64,000 bases of DNA from the NCBI GenBank assembly GCA_001794195.1, contig MGJI01000006.1, positions 2,650 through 66,649 on the forward strand, read 5' to 3'. Positions 18,267 through 26,490 of this stretch are shown here, one piece after another. Position 1 is the first letter of the stretch. Each line of letters starts with the position of its first letter. The notes beneath the pieces are model-generated. The model was not told where the DNA came from and made no database searches. It worked only from the letters and a program-made list of their open reading frames with translations. A program made the translations under genes and the position numbers. The DNA comes from Candidatus Yanofskybacteria bacterium RIFCSPHIGHO2_01_FULL_44_17 (GTDB taxonomy: Bacteria > Patescibacteriota > Minisyncoccia > 2-02-FULL-40-12 > IGHO2-01-FULL-4-A).

Positions 18267-19459
18267 ATTTAAAGCCCATAGTTATAACTGGCCACCCCTA
18301 TGCATTTCCTTATTATTTTAAAGTTTTTGAATACGCAGAAAATAAAGATGACTTGATCTTTGCCTTGCCCAAGCTGTGGTTAGCTAAAAAGGGCAAGGTT
18401 AAGATTAAACTTGAGCAAAGGCCAGGCCTTAAAATTTACGGTCTGCACGCCGTATCTTATGGTGGTCGCGGTATTGCGGGCCTATTTAAGGGCTGGCTAC
18501 CGGGCATGATTTTTTTGTTACCGTATTTAAAAATTAAATATAAAAGTAAAGTTTTGTACTCCTGCTCGGAGTCCTACCTTTTGACCACCTTATGTAACGG
18601 CTTAGCGGCTAAGCTCTGCGGGATGAAGTATATTTTTTTTACATGGCAGAATGTTGAGCCGCAAAAATATATGAGCGGGCTAAAATTAAAATTGTATACT
18701 GCTCTGATACGAATGAATTTGCGCCTTGCAGATGGCGTGATCTGCGGCAATAAAAAAGCTGAGTTGATTATAAAAAAACTTAATCATAATAAGGCAACCA
18801 TGATTTGCCCGATAAGCGGTGTTGATATTGAAAAATTCCGTCCCAATATCCAAGGTGACTGGCGAGAAAAACTAAACATAAAACCCGAAGAAAAACTAAT
18901 TTTATTTTATGGTGCCCTGGATAAGCGCAAGGGACTGAACATTTTGATAGAAGCTATCAAAATGTTAATTTTCAATTTTCAATTTTCAATTTTCAAACTA
19001 GTGATTGTTGGCACGGGGCCAGAAGAAGAAAGTTTAAAGTTGCAAGTTAAAAGTTTAAAGTTGGAAGCTAGAGTAACTTTTCTTGATTGGCTGCCAAATG
19101 ATCAATTACCAGCGCTACTGAATGCCGCTGACGTCTTTGTTTATCCAAGCGTGCCATCTGGAGGATGGGAGGAACAATTTGGCTATGCAATGGCCGAAGC
19201 CAGCGCTTGCGGTGTGCCTGTGGTGGCAACGAGGACGGGTTCTATTGATGAAGTTGTTGTGGACGGCGAATCCGGCCTGTTGGTTGAGCCGAATAACCCA
19301 GAGCAATTGGCTGAGGCGATTTCAAGGACTTTGAATAACCCAAGCACGGCCAAGCAGATGGGTGAATCGGGTAGGGAATATATAGTCAAAACCCTCGCCC
19401 ATCGTATAGTCGTCAGAAAACTTATAAGTTTTCTGACGACTATCGGCGAGAGCAATTAA
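18263..19459 (+). CDS. Glycosyltransferase family 4
   Basis: GALDKRKG, WEEQFGYAMAEASACG. Confidence 0.95.
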   Translation: MNLKPIVITGHPYAFPYYFKVFEYAENKDDLIFALPKLWLAKKGKVKIKLEQRPGLKIYGLHAVSYGGRGIAGLFKGWLPGMIFLLPYLKIKYKSKVLYSCSESYLLTTLCNGLAAKLCGMKYIFFTWQNVEPQKYMSGLKLKLYTALIRMNLRLADGVICGNKKAELIIKKLNHNKATMICPISGVDIEKFRPNIQGDWREKLNIKPEEKLILFYGALDKRKGLNILIEAIKMLIFNFQFSIFKLVIVGTGPEEESLKLQVKSLKLEARVTFLDWLPNDQLPALLNAADVFVYPSVPSGGWEEQFGYAMAEASACGVPVVATRTGSIDEVVVDGESGLLVEPNNPEQLAEAISRTLNNPSTAKQMGESGREYIVKTLAHRIVVRKLISFLTTIGESN

Positions 19460-19479
19460 AAACAGCACGGAGTGCTGTT

Positions 19480-20283
19480 CTAATTTGGATAGCCGGGCAT
19501 GATCGTCGCGCGAAGATCTTGTGCTGTTTTGCCGATTTCTGCGAGCATGCCATTAATTCGACGCTGTTTACTTTCAAGCTTTTTTCTTTGCAGTTCTGTC
19601 CGTTCAGACTGGACTTCAATTTTTCCTTGTGCTGATACTTCGAGTACGGCTAGTACCGGCCGTTTATGATATTCCCGCATCTTTAACAGAGGTATGAATT
19701 CACCAACGCCGGCGTTACTTTCTCCGTAATGATCGGCACATCTTGGTTTTATGTCGTGCGGATCAAAGCCACCAACTTCAGTAAGCGCCTTAATATCCCA
19801 CAGAGCGAGCGTGTTCATTATACTGCCTTCGCGAACAAATTCAGCTATTTCTGGTAGAGCAACTCCAACCGCAAGAGCGCCACTTCTTACTGCCGCACGC
19901 ATCTTTTTTAGCAGGATGGCATCAACATACGAAGCTGCTTCCCAAGAGAGAATCAATGAATGGGTAAGGCCGCGGGCGTATTGAAGAGCAATGCCATCGT
20001 TGAGCACAGAGACGAACAGATCCCCGTCTATTGTTTCGTGAGCCCGCGTATTAGAAAAAATACGTAACCCATTGATCATCTCACACAAAGCATTGTAGGT
20101 TCGTCCGCAATCGCTAGCCGGGTTGTCTAGGTTGGCCCAAACGCCAATCTGTACGTCATGAATGCCGGCATTGTTGAGTTTTTGTATCGCACTGGCCAAG
20201 CCTTTTAATAAGACATCAATTCCTTCTGTTTTGGGAGAGTAAGCTCTCAACAGGCCACCTATCTTTATGCCACTTGAATTCAT
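19480..20283 (-). CDS. Hypothetical protein, possibly a divergent GT-A fold
   Basis: LNDGI, NTLALWD..LTEVGGFD resemble GT2 motifs; convergent hairpin at 19459-19480. Confidence 0.55.
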   Translation of the reverse strand: MNSSGIKIGGLLRAYSPKTEGIDVLLKGLASAIQKLNNAGIHDVQIGVWANLDNPASDCGRTYNALCEMINGLRIFSNTRAHETIDGDLFVSVLNDGIALQYARGLTHSLILSWEAASYVDAILLKKMRAAVRSGALAVGVALPEIAEFVREGSIMNTLALWDIKALTEVGGFDPHDIKPRCADHYGESNAGVGEFIPLLKMREYHKRPVLAVLEVSAQGKIEVQSERTELQRKKLESKQRRINGMLAEIGKTAQDLRATIMPGYPN

Positions 20284-20385
20284 TTCGCACCCAGCTTTCT
20301 AAATGTTCTACCAAAAAATTAATACATTTCAGCCATTATGTCAATACTTTTAGGATGCCCCCTTTTTTGTTAATTTCAAGTAATC

Positions 20386-21432
20386 ATGAAAATAGCAGTT
20401 GTTGGCGGGGGAATATTCGGGGTTACCGTAGCGGTTAAACTGGCGAGGGTCGGTTTTGGTGTGGATCTTTTTGAAAAAGAAAAAGATATTTTGATGGCTG
20501 CATCGGGTATTAATCAATTCCGTTTGCATCGAGGCTATCATTATCCGCGAAGTGCGGAGACTATCAGAGACTGCATACGCGCGGAGGCAAGCTTTGTAAA
20601 AGAATATGGTGGGGCGGTAATTGCCGGCGATGATCATCACTACTGTATCGCTAAAGAGGGTAGTCTGATACACCACAATGATTTTGTTAAAGTCTGCAAG
20701 AATTTTGGCCTTGGGTATGTGGAGGTGAGACCCGCAATGGTCAACCATGATAGGATCGGCCTTTCGGTTAAGGGGTATGAAAGCAGGATCGATCCAGATA
20801 AATTGAGACAACTGTGCTGGCAAAAACTAAAATTTGCTAAGGTTAATCTAAAATTAAAAACAGCAGTCACTGTCATGCAACTTAAAAAATACGATTTCAG
20901 GGTAATTGCTACATATGCCAGATTGAATGATTTTGTACCGTCAGCCAAACAGCGTAATTATCAATTTGAACTATGCGAGAAGCCGGTTGTTAAACTGCCG
21001 CGCGAGTTTAATAAGCAATGCCTCGTAGTTATGGACGGACCGTTTATGTGTATTGATCCTCTCGGACGAACGGGTAGTTTTCTGCTCGGTAATGTGGTGC
21101 ATGCTATTCATCAAACCAACATCGGCAAAAAACCGGAATTCGATAAAAAATTTAAACCCCTGCTAAATAGGGGAATTATCCGCAATCCGCCGGTGACTAA
21201 CTTCAGGAAATTTATTGAATCAGGGGCGGAGTTTATTCCTGGCTTAGTCAGGGCTAAGCACATAGGATCCATGTTTACTTTCAGGACGGTTTTACCTCGG
21301 CTTGAAAAAACCGATGCCCGCCCTACTGTTGTTACCAAAATTGATTCCAAAACAGCAACTATTTTCTCTGGCAAAATCGGCAATTGTGTTGAGGCGGCCG
21401 ATGAGGTACTAGCGTTAGTAAAAGAAATTTAA
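20386..21432 (+). CDS. FAD-dependent oxidoreductase (DAO-like)
   Basis: KIAVVGGGIFG, ASGINQFRLHRGYHYPRS, VMDGPF. Confidence 0.88.
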   Translation: MKIAVVGGGIFGVTVAVKLARVGFGVDLFEKEKDILMAASGINQFRLHRGYHYPRSAETIRDCIRAEASFVKEYGGAVIAGDDHHYCIAKEGSLIHHNDFVKVCKNFGLGYVEVRPAMVNHDRIGLSVKGYESRIDPDKLRQLCWQKLKFAKVNLKLKTAVTVMQLKKYDFRVIATYARLNDFVPSAKQRNYQFELCEKPVVKLPREFNKQCLVVMDGPFMCIDPLGRTGSFLLGNVVHAIHQTNIGKKPEFDKKFKPLLNRGIIRNPPVTNFRKFIESGAEFIPGLVRAKHIGSMFTFRTVLPRLEKTDARPTVVTKIDSKTATIFSGKIGNCVEAADEVLALVKEI

Positions 21433-21434
21433 TT

Positions 21435-21457
21435 ATTTCAAGGTTCAACCTTGAAAT
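21435..21457. repeat. REP-like perfect palindrome downstream of the transposase
   Basis: atttcaaggtt-c-aaccttgaaat. Confidence 0.85.
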
Positions 21458-21469
21458 GGTTTTGAAGGG

Positions 21470-22150
21470 TTAATAAGGCGTCGGTTGCTCTGGTTTAAAT
21501 TCAAGCCAGCCTACGATTTCATTTATGAAATCAGCTTGTTTTTCAAAGTAGCGTGGGAATTGTCCAGGTGTCAAAATGGCCGATTCCGACCTTTTTATTT
21601 TTAAGTAATCTGGGAAGCTAGAATGCCGATAATTTTTTAAATGTTCTTTTGCCCGGTTCATATTTTTCACACCTTTATTTTTCCAATCCGGCTCAATGTG
21701 TGAAACCGGATTAAGGTGAATATATGAGTATAAATATTTCAAATAATTATCGCTATCTACATGCCGAGCTCGAAAGCGACCTTCAAATAAACTTCCTGAT
21801 CTTTGGTTTCGAATGTTAAAATACATAGTATATGCGGTCGTCAGTTTTTGCATAAATTGACTAACCCCGCCGCCTATGAGTTCGCGAACAAGTAAATGAA
21901 AATGGCTACCCATTAAACAATAGGCGCCAATGGCTGCTAGAGCTTTACCGCGCTCAATTTTATAAATAGGTATGCCTGAAAATATCTCGCGCACCGTGCT
22001 TAAATGTACTGCTTCGGTGCCGTTGCATAAATATAGAAGTTTTTGAAAACGGTTCCTGTCATTAGAATTAGTAAAAACGAGCCGTTTTTCAACGCCCCGG
22101 TTAAACACGTGGTAATATTCTCCTTCAGAAAAAGAAAACGGTCGAGACAT
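21470..22150 (-). mobile_element. REP-associated tyrosine transposase (RAYT; IS200/IS605 Y1 HUH superfamily)
   Basis: YYHVFNRGVEK, AYCLMGSHFHLL (HUH), YTMYFN, RSGSLFEGRF, YIHLNPV; flanked by inverted palindromes. Confidence 0.92.
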
Positions 22151-22176
22151 GAGTTTATGACATGTTAACTCAATAT

Positions 22177-22213
22177 TATCCCCATTTCAAGGTTGAACCT
22201 TGAAATGGGGATA
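22177..22213. repeat. REP-like perfect palindrome upstream of the transposase
   Basis: tatccccatttcaaggtt-g-aaccttgaaatggggata (18-bp arms). Confidence 0.88.
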
Positions 22214-22224
22214 CAACCACTGCT

Positions 22225-22290
22225 TCTGGCAAAATTGGTAACCGTGTTGAAGCCGCGGAAGAGGTGCTGGAAATGGCAAAATTAGTTTAA
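22225..22290 (+). pseudogene. Stranded 3'-end fragment of a FAD-oxidoreductase allele
   Basis: Reads SGKIGNRVEAAEEVLEMAKLV* versus SGKIGNCVEAADEVLALVKEI* at 21367-21432. Confidence 0.8.
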
Positions 22291-23216
22291 ATCTTAGAGA
22301 GTACCCTTACGACCCCAAGGCCAAAGCCGCCATCGGTGTGCGGTTTTTTGTTTCTGGTTATGCATTTGATAAATTCGGTGCATTCGATTTCAAGGGGAGT
22401 TTTTGTGCTTTGGTAAATCAGCTTGAAGGCGGCGCTTTTTTTGTCTAGCTTGAGTAGCCTGTCATTTTCCCAGAGGTAGACATTTTTATTCGTGGCCAGA
22501 GTTATGGTTTTGTTTTTGAAATTAGAAACCCTATTTATGTATATTGTGCAGGAGCGACTATTTTTAAAACCAAGACGTATATAAATTATGTCCGAATCAG
22601 TCACCATGCCGCTATTTTCAATTGTCTTAATGCTTGTGGGCTTGTCCAGCACCAGTTTATTGGGCGCTAAACTGGTGCTGGATGAACCAAACAGATCCAG
22701 TGCCATGGCAACGTCATGTGAGGCGAGGTTAAAAACCAGCTCCTCATTGAATGTGCCAAGCTTATTCCAGACGAATGAGGCATGTTTAAACGGCTCAACG
22801 TCGTTGAGCCGTTTAATTTTGGCCCAAACCGGGTGATAGGAGAAAATATGGCCGACGAATAAAATACGCTTTTTTTTTGCGGCTAGCCTAACTAGTTCTT
22901 GGGCCTGCTTGACATTGTCTGTAATTGGTTTTTCTACAAAAACATGTTTGCCGGCGAGCAGGGCTTTTTTGGCTAGTTCGTAATGCGCTTTTATCGGTGT
23001 AGCGATAATAACGGCGTCAATAGATTGATCATGCAGTATTTGGTCAAAAGATGCGGCGGTTTTGATCCCCGGGTAGTTTTTTTTGAGCCATTTTTTAGTT
23101 TCTGGGCTACCTTTATAAAAACACCACTCCACGAGGGCTACTCTATCAAACTCCCTCAATAAATTCTTGCCCCATCGGCCGATGCCGACTACGGCTAAAC
23201 ATTTTTTACTGGGCAT
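22287..23216 (-). CDS. Gfo/Idh/MocA family oxidoreductase
   Basis: VVGIGRWG, DAVIIATP, GKHVFVEKP, VGH, LASHD; start moved to 23216. Confidence 0.92.
   Translation of the reverse strand: MPSKKCLAVVGIGRWGKNLLREFDRVALVEWCFYKGSPETKKWLKKNYPGIKTAASFDQILHDQSIDAVIIATPIKAHYELAKKALLAGKHVFVEKPITDNVKQAQELVRLAAKKKRILFVGHIFSYHPVWAKIKRLNDVEPFKHASFVWNKLGTFNEELVFNLASHDVAMALDLFGSSSTSLAPNKLVLDKPTSIKTIENSGMVTDSDIIYIRLGFKNSRSCTIYINRVSNFKNKTITLATNKNVYLWENDRLLKLDKKSAAFKLIYQSTKTPLEIECTEFIKCITRNKKPHTDGGFGLGVVRVLSKI
22641..22686. repeat. In-frame 42-nt palindromic insertion C
   Basis: cttg-tccagcaccagttta-ttgggcgc-taaactggtgctgga-tgaa. Confidence 0.9.
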
Positions 23217-23239
23217 GGTAACATCAACGATATAGTAAA

Positions 23240-24397
23240 ATGTCAAAAAAATCAATAAAAATCATATTGGCTACGGGCATATTCTATCCCGACGTCGGCG
23301 GGCCGGCGATTCATGTGCGCAAAATCGCCGAGGCTTTGACGCAAAACGGTTTTCGGCCGGTGGTCATCGCTTATGGTGACTACGACGGACAAGAGAATTT
23401 CCCGTTTCGGGTTATTAGGATTTCAAACAAGCTCAACCCGATTTTAAGGCGTGCAAAATATACACTGACCGTATTGCGAGAATCATTGGCAGCCAAGGCA
23501 CTTTATGCCTTTAATCTCGCAACAGCCGGACTGCCCGTTTTCATTGCCGGCAAGTTATTTAGTAAAAAAATCCTAATTCGAGTTCCCGGCGATCCGATCT
23601 GGGAAAGGATAGTTGAAAACGGTAGGCGTTCTGTGTCTTTTGTTAATTATTATAAACAAGGGCTTCACACAGTCGACCGGCCGTGGCTCTTCAGGGTCAT
23701 AAAATTTGTATTATCAAGGTTCGACCACGTCGTGTTTTACAGTCCGTTTCTGTCAGAAATTTATAAAAAATATTATGCTATACCGGCAAACAAGGTGAGC
23801 ATTATTCTGAATCCGGTTTCGCGTCGGGAGATGCTACCGGTAGAGATAGCCAGTGAGCCGACGGTTCTCTTTGCCGGACGCTTTGTGGCTTACAAAAATC
23901 TTGAGCTGGTTATTAGGGTCTTTGATCGTGTACGGCGTAAGATTGGCAGCGGTAAATTAATCCTAATGGGGGATGGCCCAGACAGGGAAAAGCTGGAACG
24001 GCTAGCGAGCGGGATGTCGTCGGCGTCCAATATTAGGATAACTAGCAAGGTTTACCAAGAAAAACTCTTTGAACACGTTTGTTCATCAACGCTTGGAATT
24101 GGTCCCGCTCTTACCGAGTTCAACCCTAATTTTATTCTCGAGTGCCTTTCTTTTGGCAAACCGGTTTTGCTTAGCCGTGAAAACGGTCTTTCGGTCAAAC
24201 TGCCGGAAGAGTTTCTGTTTGATCCATCAGATGAAAATGAACTCGAGGCTAAATTAGTTAAATTTTTCGATGAAGATTTTTACAAATCTGCCCAGGGAAA
24301 AGTTAGTCGCATGGACATGAATCAAACATGGGATAAGGTGACAGGCGGACATTTAGAATTATTACATAAAATTACCAGTGGCTATGCGCATGTTTAA
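23240..24397 (+). CDS. Glycosyltransferase family 4
   Basis: FYPDVGGPA, AGRFVAYKN, EFNPNFILECL. Confidence 0.9.
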   Translation: MSKKSIKIILATGIFYPDVGGPAIHVRKIAEALTQNGFRPVVIAYGDYDGQENFPFRVIRISNKLNPILRRAKYTLTVLRESLAAKALYAFNLATAGLPVFIAGKLFSKKILIRVPGDPIWERIVENGRRSVSFVNYYKQGLHTVDRPWLFRVIKFVLSRFDHVVFYSPFLSEIYKKYYAIPANKVSIILNPVSRREMLPVEIASEPTVLFAGRFVAYKNLELVIRVFDRVRRKIGSGKLILMGDGPDREKLERLASGMSSASNIRITSKVYQEKLFEHVCSSTLGIGPALTEFNPNFILECLSFGKPVLLSRENGLSVKLPEEFLFDPSDENELEAKLVKFFDEDFYKSAQGKVSRMDMNQTWDKVTGGHLELLHKITSGYAHV

Positions 24398-26069
24398 TTT
24401 TTTTAAGAATAAAAAGGCTGTTTTTTTAAGTATTCTGTTCCTGTTTTTGGTGTTGAGATTGCCAGGCTTGCATTTGCCATACCATCAGGATGAACGCAAG
24501 GCCGTAGTCGGCTACAGTTCGTTGTCTTCCGGCACTCCGCACCCGCCCCTCACTAGGGCTATTTTTACTTTGGATGCGACGATATTCGGGCGCGATAATT
24601 TTCGGGCCATGCCCCTGGTTTTCGGCGTCGCAAATCTTTTTTTGCTTTTTTATTTTGTTAGGCGACGATTTGGTTACGGAGCCGCCGTTTGGTCATCACT
24701 ATTTTTTTCTTTGTCTTTTTATTCGGTGTTAGGCTCTTTGGTTACCGAGATGGACGGTCAAGTTTTGCCATTTTTCTTTTTACTCTCGCTCGTCGCTTAT
24801 TTTAACTGGAAGGAGGCGCCTAGTCCTAGAAAAAAAACAATTTGGGGGGTGTTTCTGGCCTTCTCGCTTATTCTGGGATTCCTAACTAAACTCAATTTTA
24901 TTATTGCCGTAGGCGCGATTATTCTCGACTTTTTAATCGAAAACAGAAAGTCTTTTGTAAATAAAAAATTACTAATCAAATATGGTCTTGCCGTATTGGG
25001 TTTTTTGGCTTTGTTGGCCGTGGCATTGTTTAATGCCAAGCTATTTTTTAGGTCTTATGATCTTTCTATGACCTTGGGTCATGTAAACGACTTTATTAAA
25101 CTATCCGGCAGGGCGTATCTCCAGGTAATTATTCAGGTCGCTAAGGCCATAATGTATGTTTCACCGCTTTTATTAGTACCGATTTTTTTTGTAAACAAGG
25201 GCGACTGGAAAAAGTTTAGAATATTTTGGCTCTTTCTCCTTTTGGGTGCTATTTTTTACCTGATTATTTTTGATTTTTCCAGGTCTGCCCTGGATAAATA
25301 TTTGGCATTTATAATTGTGCCATTGTCTATAATTGCCGGGACAATTATGGCGGATGCTTGGAAGAAAAGCGAAGCCAAACTTTTAATTCCAACAGGTGAA
25401 CTTATTTTTTCAGGTTTGGTTTTGGCGTCAATCATTTTTTCCGTGCAGTTCTTGCCGCATTTTACGCCGCCGCTTTATCCAAAAGAAGAATGGATAAGTC
25501 GGATAATTAAATTAAGATGGAATTTCGTTTTTCCTTTTACCGGAGGCTCCGGTCCTCTTGGCTTTTACGTTTCGTGGCTGTTTATTGCCTTAAGCTGGAG
25601 CATATCCATATTGTTAGCGCTTGCGGCATTATTTAAAAAAGAGCTGCGCAAACTCGCAATGTGCGGAATTATTGTTGTCGGCCTATTTTATAATTTGGCA
25701 TTTGCGGAAGAGTACTTATTAGGTAGAATTAACGGTAGCCCGAACGCTTTACTCAAAAAAGCGATTAGTTTTATTGAAAATAATTCGGCCATAGGCAGGG
25801 TGATAAGCTATAATGATATCGGTGCCTACGAATTCATAAAAATTGACAAATACGAGAGGCGTCTTTATGCTGCGCCTAAATTTGAAGCCGCGTATGCTGA
25901 TATATTACAAAATTTCCAGGGGCACTATTTGGTAATTGACATTCCGCACCTAAGCTCAGAAAGTCCTTACGCCAAACATTTCATGACTTGTGATACTATT
26001 TACGAAGATCGTTCCGGTAAAATTTCAGCCAAGGTTTATAACTGTAAAAATGTCCCAACCACACGATAA
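24384..26069 (+). CDS. GT-C (ArnT/PMT-like) membrane glycosyltransferase
   Basis: DE motif after TM1 (YHQDE), HPPL, many TM helices. Confidence 0.8.
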   Translation: MRMFNFFKNKKAVFLSILFLFLVLRLPGLHLPYHQDERKAVVGYSSLSSGTPHPPLTRAIFTLDATIFGRDNFRAMPLVFGVANLFLLFYFVRRRFGYGAAVWSSLFFSLSFYSVLGSLVTEMDGQVLPFFFLLSLVAYFNWKEAPSPRKKTIWGVFLAFSLILGFLTKLNFIIAVGAIILDFLIENRKSFVNKKLLIKYGLAVLGFLALLAVALFNAKLFFRSYDLSMTLGHVNDFIKLSGRAYLQVIIQVAKAIMYVSPLLLVPIFFVNKGDWKKFRIFWLFLLLGAIFYLIIFDFSRSALDKYLAFIIVPLSIIAGTIMADAWKKSEAKLLIPTGELIFSGLVLASIIFSVQFLPHFTPPLYPKEEWISRIIKLRWNFVFPFTGGSGPLGFYVSWLFIALSWSISILLALAALFKKELRKLAMCGIIVVGLFYNLAFAEEYLLGRINGSPNALLKKAISFIENNSAIGRVISYNDIGAYEFIKIDKYERRLYAAPKFEAAYADILQNFQGHYLVIDIPHLSSESPYAKHFMTCDTIYEDRSGKISAKVYNCKNVPTTR

Positions 26070-26490
26070 GGTTTTTTCTAAATTTGAATGGTTTGCTATC
26101 GGCTTTTTGTGTTTCCTTTTTGTTCTGACTTATGTGCTGACGCTGACCGATGTTTTTGTTATTTTCCCGTTAACGGACATTCCTTTACATTTTCTAGGCG
26201 GATTTTTTGTTGCATTGTTTTTTATCGGTTATCTGCACCGTGCGCTTGGGGCGACTAACTCTTTTGTGGGAGATATTACGATTATCGTGGGAGTATCTTT
26301 GCTTGTGGGCGTGGGCTGGGAGATTTTCGAGTTTGTTTTAGATAAAGTTTTACCAGCCGGTATAAGTCTTTTCCGTGGTGGCGATCTTTTCGATACCTTA
26401 AAAGATTTGGTTGTGGATTCGGCCGGAGCGGCAGCAATGTTTTTGCTGGTGCGAAGCCGATATCGCAAATCGGTTATGTTCAATGGATAA
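26050..26490 (+). CDS. Small integral membrane protein (VanZ/DUF2238-like)
   Basis: DIPLHFLGG, WEIFEF, DTLKDL; start at 26050. Confidence 0.7.
   Translation: MSQPHDKVFSKFEWFAIGFLCFLFVLTYVLTLTDVFVIFPLTDIPLHFLGGFFVALFFIGYLHRALGATNSFVGDITIIVGVSLLVGVGWEIFEFVLDKVLPAGISLFRGGDLFDTLKDLVVDSAGAAAMFLLVRSRYRKSVMFNG

Noticed and set aside
21470-22150. Complete IS605 element with TnpB
   Set aside because: No tnpB/iscB ORF is adjacent; size and motifs fit a stand-alone RAYT-like protein.
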